IMG/VR virus record: IMGVR_UViG_3300008261_000001
Location: 226,180-290,179 of that record
Reading direction: 5' to 3' (one strand)
Length of the DNA: 64,000 nucleotides
This document shows positions 17,017 through 28,800 of this stretch, piece after piece (position 1 is the first letter of the stretch; each line of letters begins with the position of its first letter). A program made the position numbers and the translations under genes. The notes under the pieces are model-generated. The model saw nothing but the letters and a program-made list of their open reading frames with translations. It was not told where the DNA came from and ran no database searches.

Positions 17017-20000
17017 GCGTTTATCCGTATGACCCAAGATTCCAAAAAGACCCACTTGGGGCGACTACCAAGTCGAGTTCTAGGCGACTATTAGAGGATA
17101 TCCTATCCGAAAGGATAGTGTCCTCTCTAGCTCGTAGCACTGCTTCTAACTATATCACGGAGTCCTACGGATCTAACCACCGCATATTTTATGAGGGTGT
17201 AGCGAGCTTGCTCTCAGAGATCCTCGTGGACTCGGTGGACAACATAGACGACTCTGAACTGAGCCAACTTAGAGCAGAGTTCTTGTCCACCCGTTTGCTT
17301 TACTCGATTTTTCCACCTACGAACAACTCTGTACCTGAGACGGATACTATCGAGGAACTGCATAAGATACTTATTTTAGCCTTAGAATCTCTTTTTAGAG
17401 GTAGCACCCTAGAGTCCATAAAGCAAGCATTGGATAGTGTGTACTCAGAGAAGGTAGGTTTAGAGCTTGAGGGGTACATAGTCCGCCTCACATCGAGTAT
17501 ATTAAGCATCACAACGATTGAGGACAACCACCAACACTTCGTATTCACCCAATCTAAAGGTCTTGGCTCGACCACTTATCCAATAGGGCTGAAATGGGGT
17601 GATGATTTACACTCGCACCTGATCGTAGATGGTGTGGTGCAACCTTACACAGACGCAGAGGGTAACACACATACACACGAGGTCTCTTTAGGACTTATTC
17701 CGAATGTAGTACGCCTACAAGAAAACCTAAGGAAAGTCCTCTCGGTCATTAAACCTGCCCATATCAAGACAGGTACTATTTCATCGGTGTTGGAGGAAAA
17801 TGGAAACCTCGGTGTCTCCGAGGACGAGATGATCCTAAGCCTCGGTGGTCTTTATCAAGACGACATGAGACGAGTGAGGCTCGGCACTTGGGAAGATGTC
17901 TTATTTGGATACGCCTCGAATAAGACCTTGAGGGTCTATCGCACGAATATCACAAAACCCAACTCCCTCTTGGTCAAACCCAACGAAAACTCATCTACTG
18001 GTCAACGCACACGAGTCTTATCCATTTCCTCAAGCGTCCCTGCTAACGGAGAGTACACCTCTTGGAGCTTTCCATTAGACTCCGCCTCTGAAGCACTTTT
18101 TAGATCTACAGGTGTAGACACCCTCTCTGTAGATAATGGCTTCATCACAGGTAAAGACTCGTCAGACCCTAGCTCAGAACAAATACCAGCTTATTTCACC
18201 GATGGTAGCCTCGTTCTCTTAAATGGCGTGGCTTACTACATAGAACTGTTTCTGACCGAACCACCCAAGTACAAAGTCTCAGCACAAGTCATAACCACCG
18301 ACACACGCTTAAACGCAACAAACAGCGTTGTAGAAATCACCAATCTATCTAGTCCGTGGAAGGTTCGCCAAGACATACGCTATGAGACATACACCTTCAC
18401 TTACTATCCTCCAGCAGGCTCGGCTAACCTTTGGTTCAGCCTACCTCCTCTGAATGTACGGTTTTTCTACAAGGGCATTGCCCTCAACCCCACCAACTCT
18501 TTCTCGATATCCATTAATGGTGTGGCTGTCCCATCGAGCGTACTGAAGTTTTATAGCCACTACGACAACAACTTCTATCTGCTTAATGCGGGCGACTACT
18601 CGGCTGTACTCAATCCCCTTGATCGTGTGACGATCACCTACCCCTATGACGAAGATGAAGTTTATCGGTTTACATCACTCAATGACCCCCGCTTAGTCTT
18701 AAACGCCACACGCAAAGTAGGACAAGTCACCACCACCAACGGACGCAAGAGTTCTTACTTAGCTCCATCCGCTCCCCCTTACTACATTCGTCGCAAAAAC
18801 TATGTACTGAACAAAGTAGTGCCTATATCCCCTTACACTACAGAGTATCGTGATGCAACCTATGGGATAGGGTCTACCTCCACCACAAATACGATCACAC
18901 AAAAGATTAACAGCTCCTTTGTGTTAAACAGAGTTTCCCCTTCGTCTAAGGTGGCAAGTGTTTCCGCTCCCGCCACGAAAGTCATTACTACAAAAGATGG
19001 GGTTATCTCGTTTGTACAGCTTGGGTTCAAACCAGATTACATATTATCCATTTTTGATGGTGGTGGTACTGAGTACATAGGAGCATTGAGCAAAGGATAT
19101 CTCAGAGTAGCTGGGATAACCACCCCCACAACATTAACAATATCAGCCTTGAGTACTAGCCCCTTAACGGATAGTGGGACTTGGTATGAGGGCAGTAAAT
19201 ACTTAGAGGGACAAGCTCCCCTTAAAAAAACAGAACACTCGGTGAGCGGTCTGACTGAGAGTTCTGCCGATGAGATTATGGCTAACCCCTTAGGGTTGGC
19301 AGAACCTCAAGTGGGCGGAGGATTTAAAGACGCGGTAAGGAGCGTTATAGCCCGCTCTAGTTCGACTTCTATTGGCACTAGGGGTGAACCAGCCTTCTAT
19401 GAAGACCGACCCACCTCTTTTGCTGTTGGTGGATACCTCTCTGAAGTTCATACTGAGACTCAGTACTTGGACGAGGTCTTGTATGGGGATTATTCCCTCT
19501 ACCTTTTAGGACCCATCAGCACCACAGAGCTAACTACCCTTACAACTATCCCTACATATCTGTTTTTCCATTATAGCTTCCTCAGTACCTTCGGTGGAAA
19601 TGGATACTACTTTTCCATTTACCGTATAAGCTCAGACGGCATTAAGTACTATCAGACCCTTTATCCATTAGCCGATAGCGGAGCGTTTGAGTGTTTTGAA
19701 GAGCATCCAGCACCACCCAATGGGGCTCCGCTCGCTTATCGTTGGAAAGACGATGGGTCTGGAAGCGGTTTCTCTCTTAACTATCCCAATGGGAGCTTCC
19801 CTACTTATGAAGCCGACCCTAATGGGTACTTTAATCATATTCCCAATCAGACCTATTATGTAGAAGTGTACATGGAGCAGAATGGGGGCATAGACGAGCT
19901 TTACTTCTTCTCTAGTGGCACTAACGCCCCATACACGCTCGGTTCTTCATGGACGACTTCATCCGAAACATACGCCCTAGACGACCCAATGGATATGGGC

Positions 20001-23000
20001 TTCGGTAAAACCTACACCTTTCAAGTGACCTTCGCCACCAACCCAGGTGAGGTCACTTCTTGGTTGCAGATAGCAGACCCTGCTCCATCGGCTACAAAGA
20101 GTTCTGAGGAGGTCGGAGCTACCATAGAGATCATAGCGGATGTACTCTCACCTAGTGAGCCTCTCTACGGAGAGAGAGTATCTTTCATCCCTAATGGTGG
20201 CTTGTTTACTCCATTGGGGTTGCCATATTCTTTAGACCCAGTACCAGCCATATTGGATAGCGTTTCGATAGCTGAAACGAGGAACATTCAAGAGTTCTTA
20301 CCCACCACAGCAGACACTCTCTCTTTGAGTTACCTTTTATCGCCTTGTTCGATCACTGAGACGACCCAAGCTATAAACGACTCATTCACCTACACTTATA
20401 GGGTGGCTTTAGCCGATAGCTTATCTGTAAATGATGGGTCTACACAAGCCACCCAACTTATCCTAGAAGACAGCTTATTGTTGTTAGACGAGATAGACCA
20501 CAAACTCGGTCTTAACTTTTCTGACACATCTGTGGTCGTAGATACTATCCAAGCGAGCTTAGATATCAGTTTGACGCTTGAGGACTCTGTGTTTGTCGCG
20601 ACAAACACTGTCTCTACTACATATGGGTTCTCTCCCTCTATCTCTGTAGAGAGCGTTCCCTTGCCCTCTGATACGCTCACCACGAACCTAACACTCAGCA
20701 GAGGGGTACAAGACTCTCTATCTGAGATATTGGATAGTGTGGTTTTGAACCTATCAGGATATGACTTCTCGGATGTAGTACAGCCCGCAGATGACCAAGT
20801 GGCTGTACTTTATGCTTACGCCCCCACCGCTGTTCAAGACACGCTCGGTGGTATCTTAGATGATGTGCTGTTCAAGTACAGCGTACTTGAGGGAGACTCT
20901 GTTAGCCCCATATTGGATAGTGTATTAACGCAAGTTTCGGAGTATTTACTGCTCGACAGCGTGACCATTAGTGATGATGTAACCCTCAACTACGCCTACA
21001 CAAGCCAAGCTCTTCTTGATGCGGTTTTAGCCCTACAAGACGAAGTGACACATAGGGTGAGTTCCTTCAACCTAACGGATAGCTTGACGAATATCCTAGA
21101 TGAAGTGGGCGTACTAGAAACACGCTCTATCAGCCTATTGGATAGCTTGAGCTTAACCGACAGCGTGAGTACCTCTTATGTGTATGGGAACATCAACATA
21201 ACTGAGAGCGTTGCCTCTATTTTAGACTCTGTCTCGACCTCTTACTTGTTCTCGGCTTTGACGCTCTCGGATAGCGTGTCGGCTCAAGTGGACGCTGTAC
21301 AAGCGTACATAAAGAGCCTTCACATAAGCGACCAAGTGGGCGTGACGGATGAAGGCTCTGCCCGCATCTCGTCTTTTGGGGTGACTGACGACTTATCCAT
21401 TACTGATGTGGTGGGCATCACAGTACCTGTCATTTCTGTTTCTGACAGCACTAGCCTATCCGATGTTGGGCAAGCACATATATCCTCAATAAAGACATTG
21501 GATACTTTGTCTTGGGGGGACACAATAGAAACGAGTTTGAGTTTAACTTCTTTATTGGTTGAGGACTTGGTTGTATTGAACGACACGGTTCTAACAACTT
21601 ACGCACTTAATGGTTTGGATTTGGTGGATACCGTAGGTTTTAGCGACTCTGATGTAGAGATCACACCCATTGTTTATGTTTCGGATAGTGTTTCTGCCCC
21701 CACAGACGAAACAGATACAGTTCAGTTATTCGAACCTTTGGAAAAATCTGATAGCGTAGTGTTCTCAGACGGTGTTTTAACAAGCTATGTCTTATTACCC
21801 AGCTCAGTATCTGAGAGCGTACCTGATGTAGAAGACTCTACGGATTTGTCTTTGAGCTTAACCTCGACTTTGAATGAGGGGGCAGTGAGCGTTTTAGACA
21901 CGGGACTTGCTCGCATCTCCTCTAAGTTCTTGTCCGATACCCTAGATATGACGGACGATGTTTCGACCACTTATGAGGAGTCCTTGAGACTTGTAGATGG
22001 GAGCATAGCGTTTGCGGGTACAGACACGAGTTATCTTGTGGGTGCGGACATATCTGCGTTCGATACGGGTACTAATGCCTTCCGCATAGAGTGGTGGATG
22101 TATTTGGACAGCACAGGAGCTGGAAATAACCCTGTTGTGTTCTCAAGAAATCTTAGGGGGACATCGGATAGATTTAGGGTGAAGCTCCTCAATAAGACAG
22201 GTCTTCAACTGTCCCTTTCTACAGGTTCTGCCCTTGTAACCAACAGCTTTGGTTCCGTTGCGAATGACGAGTGGGTACACATCGCTATCGTTGGTCGTAG
22301 CTCGGTTGTAAGGGCTTATGTGAACGGAGTACAGCTTGGTTCGAGCTGGTCAACGACCTACAACATCACCAACGCAAGCACTGCCGCTTTCTACATAGGA
22401 AACGAGACAACCCCCATAGCAGATACTGCTTTCAAGGGCTACATCACCAACCTAAGGTATCTTTACCAAATCTCAGGTGCATCCGACCTCACCACACGAA
22501 CAGGAACATTCAGCATCCCCACAGCACCTTTACCATCTGTTTCTCTTAATGTGTTTAGGCTTGTAGCTACAGATTCGTCAACCGCGTTTACAGGAACAGG
22601 AACTACACTAACTAATACCTCTTCTGTGTCTTGGTCTAGCTCCGTACCTACAATCACTGACCCCATGAGTTCTCTGTCGTTAAATGGGGTTATATCTTTT
22701 CCCTATGCTAATGGATACTTGAGCAGACTGAGCGACAGCGACTTTAACTTGGGCTCTGGGGACTTTACCATAGAGTGGCATCAGTATTTAACGACCACAG
22801 AACTAGCCACCAGCTACTCTCATAGGGCTTATATCTTCGACCTAGACTACACCGCTGCTATAAAACAGATTTCTGTGTATTACGACTCCGCATTGGAAAA
22901 GATTGTTTTGTTCTATCGTGTGAACGGATCTACCTCTTACACGATTGGCTATCAAGTTAACAACATAAGGGACAGATGGTCTCACTTTGCCCTAAGCAGA

Positions 23001-24368
23001 CACAATGGTACTTTGTACCTTTACCAAAATGGATACTCTTTATCCGCCACCAAGATAGACGATGCCTTCTCTCTCGCAGACTTCTCTACTGGCAGTAGCG
23101 GTAGCTTCTACATAGGCACAGACAAAGCTCTAACATCAAACTACTTCTTTAATGGATACCTATCCAACTTTAGGTTGAGCGTGGGTATAGCGAGGCATAC
23201 AACAGCGGACGCTCCATTTACACCCCCCACGAGTGTTTTCACCACGGATGTCTACACTAAGCTCTTGCTTACTGCGGATAGCCTAAGCGATCTTGGTACA
23301 GATACAAGTGGTTCATCTAATACTATGACTTTATCCAATGTAGAGTGGGAGAGTTTCTCAAAATCCTACGCGGATAAGTCTCTGAGTGTGGCGGTGCAGA
23401 CGGGATCTTCTGTTTACGGTGCTTCTCAGTTCTTTGTCTATAGCTCTAACGATTACTACGCTAGACAAGCGAGGGGAAATAACTCGTACCCAACTCTTGT
23501 ATCGAGCTTGCCTAGATATAAAGAGCTACCCACGAACGCTTTGGCTTACGAGGGCAACTATAAAGGGGCATATGAGCCTGCTTTGAGTGCTGGGTACTCC
23601 AATACCACACCCACCCAACCCGACTTGGTATTTAAGGCATTAGCGACTAGCACTAGAAACAATGTGGTCGAGGAATACAACTCTCCCTCTCAACCCACAG
23701 AGTACAAAATCTTCTCTCGGTTGAATAACGATGCGAGTCCTACTCCAGAGTTCAACATCGCCTTCCGATACAAAAATAACACATGGGGTAGCTATTACAA
23801 TCTGTTCCCCTCCACAGGTGCCACTAACATCAGACGCAACTACCTACACACGCTAAGAGTAAACAGCGATGGCACGACCACATTTACACAAGACACCACA
23901 GGACAGACGGCACTTTATCCTTATTCGACAACCGTGAGGCTCTACGCTTATTTTAAGAACTTGGACAATGGCTTGGGGGCGAGTGCCACACCACAGTCCA
24001 CCGTGTTACTAAGGACTGACCCCTCGTTAGGTTCATTAACAGGGCAAGTGGCTTCTGTTCCTAGTGAGTACTCTTTTACAGGTGGTTTAATACCCAAGAC
24101 TTTGATTACAAACACGAATAATGTGTCTCAAATGTCTTGGCAGGTTGTTACAGGTACTAAGTATAGGTTGTACCTCGACAAAGCCACAGGAGTAGATTTA
24201 ATCCTTGCGTTTAGAGCGTACACCTACACAGCAGGTGCGACCGATTACAACACGCTGTATGACGCGAACAACCCCCCCAACTACAAGTCGTTCTCTAACG
24301 CTGTGTGTCAGCAAAACCTCTATCTTCAAGTGCTTGAAGATGGCTCAGTTCTTATCACTCAATCATAA
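17013..24368 (+). CDS. Giant baseplate/tail-fibre protein: tail-I-like N-terminus, ~20-aa repeat shaft, two LamG domains
   Basis: RGSTLESIK and IKPAH motifs; LxDSV repeats; F.IEW, W.H.A, F.GY..N LamG signatures. Confidence 0.75.
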   Translation: MSVYPYDPRFQKDPLGATTKSSSRRLLEDILSERIVSSLARSTASNYITESYGSNHRIFYEGVASLLSEILVDSVDNIDDSELSQLRAEFLSTRLLYSIFPPTNNSVPETDTIEELHKILILALESLFRGSTLESIKQALDSVYSEKVGLELEGYIVRLTSSILSITTIEDNHQHFVFTQSKGLGSTTYPIGLKWGDDLHSHLIVDGVVQPYTDAEGNTHTHEVSLGLIPNVVRLQENLRKVLSVIKPAHIKTGTISSVLEENGNLGVSEDEMILSLGGLYQDDMRRVRLGTWEDVLFGYASNKTLRVYRTNITKPNSLLVKPNENSSTGQRTRVLSISSSVPANGEYTSWSFPLDSASEALFRSTGVDTLSVDNGFITGKDSSDPSSEQIPAYFTDGSLVLLNGVAYYIELFLTEPPKYKVSAQVITTDTRLNATNSVVEITNLSSPWKVRQDIRYETYTFTYYPPAGSANLWFSLPPLNVRFFYKGIALNPTNSFSISINGVAVPSSVLKFYSHYDNNFYLLNAGDYSAVLNPLDRVTITYPYDEDEVYRFTSLNDPRLVLNATRKVGQVTTTNGRKSSYLAPSAPPYYIRRKNYVLNKVVPISPYTTEYRDATYGIGSTSTTNTITQKINSSFVLNRVSPSSKVASVSAPATKVITTKDGVISFVQLGFKPDYILSIFDGGGTEYIGALSKGYLRVAGITTPTTLTISALSTSPLTDSGTWYEGSKYLEGQAPLKKTEHSVSGLTESSADEIMANPLGLAEPQVGGGFKDAVRSVIARSSSTSIGTRGEPAFYEDRPTSFAVGGYLSEVHTETQYLDEVLYGDYSLYLLGPISTTELTTLTTIPTYLFFHYSFLSTFGGNGYYFSIYRISSDGIKYYQTLYPLADSGAFECFEEHPAPPNGAPLAYRWKDDGSGSGFSLNYPNGSFPTYEADPNGYFNHIPNQTYYVEVYMEQNGGIDELYFFSSGTNAPYTLGSSWTTSSETYALDDPMDMGFGKTYTFQVTFATNPGEVTSWLQIADPAPSATKSSEEVGATIEIIADVLSPSEPLYGERVSFIPNGGLFTPLGLPYSLDPVPAILDSVSIAETRNIQEFLPTTADTLSLSYLLSPCSITETTQAINDSFTYTYRVALADSLSVNDGSTQATQLILEDSLLLLDEIDHKLGLNFSDTSVVVDTIQASLDISLTLEDSVFVATNTVSTTYGFSPSISVESVPLPSDTLTTNLTLSRGVQDSLSEILDSVVLNLSGYDFSDVVQPADDQVAVLYAYAPTAVQDTLGGILDDVLFKYSVLEGDSVSPILDSVLTQVSEYLLLDSVTISDDVTLNYAYTSQALLDAVLALQDEVTHRVSSFNLTDSLTNILDEVGVLETRSISLLDSLSLTDSVSTSYVYGNINITESVASILDSVSTSYLFSALTLSDSVSAQVDAVQAYIKSLHISDQVGVTDEGSARISSFGVTDDLSITDVVGITVPVISVSDSTSLSDVGQAHISSIKTLDTLSWGDTIETSLSLTSLLVEDLVVLNDTVLTTYALNGLDLVDTVGFSDSDVEITPIVYVSDSVSAPTDETDTVQLFEPLEKSDSVVFSDGVLTSYVLLPSSVSESVPDVEDSTDLSLSLTSTLNEGAVSVLDTGLARISSKFLSDTLDMTDDVSTTYEESLRLVDGSIAFAGTDTSYLVGADISAFDTGTNAFRIEWWMYLDSTGAGNNPVVFSRNLRGTSDRFRVKLLNKTGLQLSLSTGSALVTNSFGSVANDEWVHIAIVGRSSVVRAYVNGVQLGSSWSTTYNITNASTAAFYIGNETTPIADTAFKGYITNLRYLYQISGASDLTTRTGTFSIPTAPLPSVSLNVFRLVATDSSTAFTGTGTTLTNTSSVSWSSSVPTITDPMSSLSLNGVISFPYANGYLSRLSDSDFNLGSGDFTIEWHQYLTTTELATSYSHRAYIFDLDYTAAIKQISVYYDSALEKIVLFYRVNGSTSYTIGYQVNNIRDRWSHFALSRHNGTLYLYQNGYSLSATKIDDAFSLADFSTGSSGSFYIGTDKALTSNYFFNGYLSNFRLSVGIARHTTADAPFTPPTSVFTTDVYTKLLLTADSLSDLGTDTSGSSNTMTLSNVEWESFSKSYADKSLSVAVQTGSSVYGASQFFVYSSNDYYARQARGNNSYPTLVSSLPRYKELPTNALAYEGNYKGAYEPALSAGYSNTTPTQPDLVFKALATSTRNNVVEEYNSPSQPTEYKIFSRLNNDASPTPEFNIAFRYKNNTWGSYYNLFPSTGATNIRRNYLHTLRVNSDGTTTFTQDTTGQTALYPYSTTVRLYAYFKNLDNGLGASATPQSTVLLRTDPSLGSLTGQVASVPSEYSFTGGLIPKTLITNTNNVSQMSWQVVTGTKYRLYLDKATGVDLILAFRAYTYTAGATDYNTLYDANNPPNYKSFSNAVCQQNLYLQVLEDGSVLITQS
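20240..21980 (+). repeat. Degenerate tandem protein repeat (LxD[S/T]V...D)
   Basis: Periodic ILDSV/LEDS/VSDS units about every 18-23 aa. Confidence 0.7.
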
Positions 24369-24421
24369 ACCCTTTATGATTGAGTGCATACAAAGGCAAC
24401 CCTCTAAATGGAGTATCCGAT

Positions 24422-25093
24422 ATGATGATCATCACAGGTAAAGTACACGCTATCGTCCGCAACACAGCAGGCGAGGTTATCCAAGAAGTCTTTGGACCTA
24501 ACGCTGTTGTGGAGATGTCGAATAATATCCTCATGGACTCGATTTTCCCCAAGCTCGGGACCAACGCATCCCCCACGGCTATTCCCAATAGACCCGAGGG
24601 TACGAACATGACGGATAACACGACCTTCCCTACAGGTGGCAACTACATCGGTGCAGGTGGAGCGAGCCAAACTATCCAAGAAGCGGCTCGTAATCACATT
24701 GCCTATATTGCTGTGGGCGATAACGAAGGCTCTAACGATACGGGTGTGGCGAATCAAAACCAAAAGGTCACGATGGTAGACACGAGTTTCGATCCTACGG
24801 ACGCTGTGACCGTGTATGCGAGGAGCGTGGACTCAGTCACTTTCCCTGCATACAACCAAGTCAAGTTCACCACAACTTACTCCACCGCACAAGGCAACCT
24901 CGCAGGTGGTATCTCTGAAATAGGTCTTTGGACAGCGGGCAATAACGCGGACGCAAATGGGTTCATCACCTCTGAAGTCCCCACAACCTCAACCAACATG
25001 AGATTGTTTGCCCGTAAGATCCTCGCTAATGCGATCACCAAGACCGACGATGGTACACTTGAGATTAACTACACTCTAACCTTTGGGGCGTAA
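24422..25093 (+). CDS. Tail/baseplate structural protein (tail-collar-like)
   Basis: N.VV, YIAVG, ISEIGL, LFARK, ITK..D.TL.I.Y pattern; GGAG before ATG 24422. Confidence 0.65.
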   Translation: MMIITGKVHAIVRNTAGEVIQEVFGPNAVVEMSNNILMDSIFPKLGTNASPTAIPNRPEGTNMTDNTTFPTGGNYIGAGGASQTIQEAARNHIAYIAVGDNEGSNDTGVANQNQKVTMVDTSFDPTDAVTVYARSVDSVTFPAYNQVKFTTTYSTAQGNLAGGISEIGLWTAGNNADANGFITSEVPTTSTNMRLFARKILANAITKTDDGTLEINYTLTFGA

Positions 25094-25185
25094 AGGTTAA
25101 TGGGTGGGGTTTAAACACGCTAGGTGTGTGGGGTTGTAGTTATTTAATACTCCATAACCTAGCCCCATAGGTCATGGAGGACAAT

Positions 25186-25842
25186 ATGATCAAATCTGTA
25201 ATCCCACCACCCAAGACTTCCAGTATCCAATTTGGCTTGGGCTTTTCTGAGCTAGGTGTCAAAGTCAAAGGTGATGTCTTTGGCGTACTGCTCCATGCCG
25301 ATGGGCGTGAAGAAGTCGTATTGGATAAGTCGAACATCTACACACTGGACGGTGGTGTGTTGGCGGCCTTGTTATTTTCTGGTGACTCCCGCTCTCGCCC
25401 CATAGATATGCTCGGTGTGGGTACAGGAGCGAGCGGAAACGCTCAGTCACCAGATGTGGCGGATAACCGTCAACGGAGGCTACAAACTCCCCTCTATCGC
25501 AAGGCTTTCTCTACGCCTATTTTCCGTACCGCCCTCGGAGAAATCTCGGAGGATGTAGATGGAAACTCTATCCCCACCAACATTGTGGACTTCACAACGA
25601 CCTTTGAGGCGAGCGAAGCTGTAGGTGCTTTGACGGAGATGGGTCTTTTATCTACGGCTGATGGGGTAGAGGGTTCAGTCTTTACTCCTGTTCAAGAAGA
25701 TGGCTCCGATGTCGTTTTCCCAAGCAGAGATACGACCGTAGATATATCCGATTACGACATACTTGTGAACTACTTGACCTTCCCTGTGATAAATAAACCC
25801 AGTGGATCAATCCTAGCCATCACTTGGCGACTCACCTTTTAA
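25186..25842 (+). CDS. Tail/baseplate structural protein (tail-collar-like)
   Basis: LGVGTG, EAVGALTEMGL, TFPVINK, ITWRLTF; GGAGG before ATG 25186. Confidence 0.7.
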   Translation: MIKSVIPPPKTSSIQFGLGFSELGVKVKGDVFGVLLHADGREEVVLDKSNIYTLDGGVLAALLFSGDSRSRPIDMLGVGTGASGNAQSPDVADNRQRRLQTPLYRKAFSTPIFRTALGEISEDVDGNSIPTNIVDFTTTFEASEAVGALTEMGLLSTADGVEGSVFTPVQEDGSDVVFPSRDTTVDISDYDILVNYLTFPVINKPSGSILAITWRLTF

Positions 25843-25863
25843 ATAGGGAAAGGGTTATCCATT

Positions 25864-28800
25864 ATGACTAAGTATCTATCTACGGTCAGTAGGAGCTTGT
25901 CCCCCACTGATTACGCTTGGGACTCGGTGGTTCATCAGTTTGCCCGCCCCCTCTTGGACAGCGAGCTAAACTTATCACAAGACATACTATCCGAAAAGAC
26001 ACGACCAGATCTCCCCTCAGGTATCTTAACTCGTTATCCAATAAACGATAACGAGGTTGGATTTGAGTTCTTAAAGCCAACAGATGGAGACTTTGAGCCG
26101 AATGTTCTGAGGCTCAAGCGTTTCAAAGCATTGGTGGCTGGAAAAATCCTCGATGTTAAAAGCACCTCATCCACGACCACGATAAATAAAGTCATTTTAC
26201 CTGACCCTGAGACCACAAGTGGTCCTGGCACCAACACCAAAAGAACCGACTTTGTGTTCTTAGAGATGTGGCTTCAAGAAGTCACCCCCTCCATGAACGC
26301 ACGAGCTAGACTTCGTGCCGTAGGCGTGTTAGCTGGAGATACGCTCACCATAGGTGATGGTGTTAATCCCGATGTAGTGCTGACGGCAGATACCGATTTC
26401 TCTGTGGGTGCCTCCAATCCACATACGGCAAGAAACATCTCTGAAGCCATAAACAACTATGACGGACTCAACCTCGGTTTAACGCTAGGTTCGGTGACGA
26501 TTACGGCTGAGACCAGAGGTTCTGACTTTCTGTTTATACTGATGACAGGTGGGGCTGACGGAAACAATATAACCTTTACGCCTAGCTCCTTGTCCTCCAT
26601 AGAGGTGACCAATACTTCTTCAGGTGGTACTACAGGTACGGGTAAACCCGATGCCAACCATGTGTACTATGCGGGAAATGTACTATCCGATAGTTCACTA
26701 TGGCTTGATGACGACATACAAGACCCCAACATAGCCACATCTAGCACAAGACGAGTGCAGGTGCAGTATCGCATAAGGGTCTACTCAAGCACCTTTTTTA
26801 ACCCAGTCACCACCCCCTTTGGTTTGGACGATGGGTCTATCTATGCACAAGGTGGAGCAGGTTCAGTAGTCTCCCCTTACATATTCTCTCGTCACGACAC
26901 CGACTATGGATTATGGATAGCTGGGAGTGGAGACTTAACCTCGGCTACGGACTTAAATACCGTAGACGGATTCGTTTATGCCATACCCCTTTGCTTTGTG
27001 TTTAGACGCAACCAAGCTGATGTGGGTAATGGATACGGATTCAACCCTTATGACGATGTAAACACGGGTCTGTTATCTACACATGACGGAACATTTACGA
27101 ACGCTGTTATCTGTGCCGACCCCATACCTGTAGGTGAATCGGATAGACCCGATGGGTTATTTGCCGATGAGATTTCTGAGGCTGATGTATTGGACTTGAG
27201 GAGGAGGGTCTTTCCACAGGGTGTGGACTACTCTTCTGCCTTAGAGTATCAGTTCCACTCATTATTGGATAACACCAACAGAACATGGTTCTTAGACGAG
27301 TCCGTGTTCAACACCTATGGCGACAGCACAGGTGGTATATCAACGACACCGATGGTGTGTGATGTGTTTGGGTTGGAGGATTTGTCTAGTGGAAACTACA
27401 AGAGAGACTTTGACCGCATAGCTCGTAGGTTCTCGACCGCTCCTTTAATCGAGAGAACGACAATAGTCGCGTACCCTCAAGACTCCTTTACGGTGGCACC
27501 TTTTTTTGTCTCTCCCAACGGAGTAAGCGTAACTTCAGCGGGGGGTGATCCAACGAAGTGGTTTGAGGGTGACGAGATCATCATAGACTTTCAGCAGTTA
27601 AATGCTCGCTCTAATGCCCTATGGGTCAACTTTGAACCTGGAGACCCACAGACTGATAATCCAAGTGATTATTGGATAAGTGGGACTAAGGTGTTGGATG
27701 TGGGGTTATGCTGGCATGACGACACTGATGGTAGCCCTACCTCCACCACGAACAATAGGGCTAAGTTTTCCAAAATAGAAATCTTGTCCGAAACTCAAGT
27801 GAAACTGACACTTGGTAGGAACGCACAACTTGCCAACAGAGGAAATGGGGTCACACCACCTGCACCGACTGAGTGCTTGGTGGGCGACTCTACAGGCAAC
27901 ACGGGCAGTGCATATGGGTTGTACATAGAGGTGATTTTGGAATATCCAGCTACGGATAAGGGCTTGACCGAGACACCCATAGGTTCTCTAGAGCCAAGTG
28001 TGACGGCTTATCCAACAGGAGCAGTGCTTAATCTACCCGTAGGGACAATGCCTCATGATGACGCTGAAAACGAAAAGCCTTTGGTTTATCTAGCTGATCA
28101 AAGGCGAGAGGTATCCATTGAGTACATAGGGCAAGCTATCACGACAGAGCTTGTGTCTATAAGCGGAACGGCTGTTAGACTTCCTTACAGGGTGTACTAC
28201 GACGGAATAACGCCTCCCACGGTAGAGGACATATCTGGAGGTGCTGAGGATGGGACTCTTAAGACGCTCATCTTATCGGAGTGTAAGTTTGGACAAGCGG
28301 AGACGCTTCTCGTTTGGGTGGCGGATACGATAACAACACCTAGATTGGTGAGCGTTACGGCTTATCCATTATTGCCCTGTGTGCCAACAAAGGTGAGTTA
28401 TTATCTCTACTACCGAGCGGTGTGTCCTCAGACTTGTGGGACAAAGGTGGGTTCGGTAAGTGGATATTGTCCTGACGAGTTAGAGCTACAGCCCTTGAGT
28501 GTATCGAGGAACATCACAACCTTATTGCAAGGTGCTGGGGCAAGCACATCTGGTTATCCATTTTATGCCCCTTATGAGCAACTAGGTACGAGTTCTTTGG
28601 CAGAGACGACTTATGTGTACACCGAGTGGGGGGTGTTAAATGGGACCGAGGTGTACTTAGATGATTTACGGATAAACACGGGCATGGTGGATTTGCCGAG
28701 CTTTGTGCCTTTTGTGAGTTCTGTGAACATCACACTAGGTGAGATTACAGGCGGTGGAGTTCCGACAAAGGATAACGAGGGTCGTGTGGTTTATCCAACT

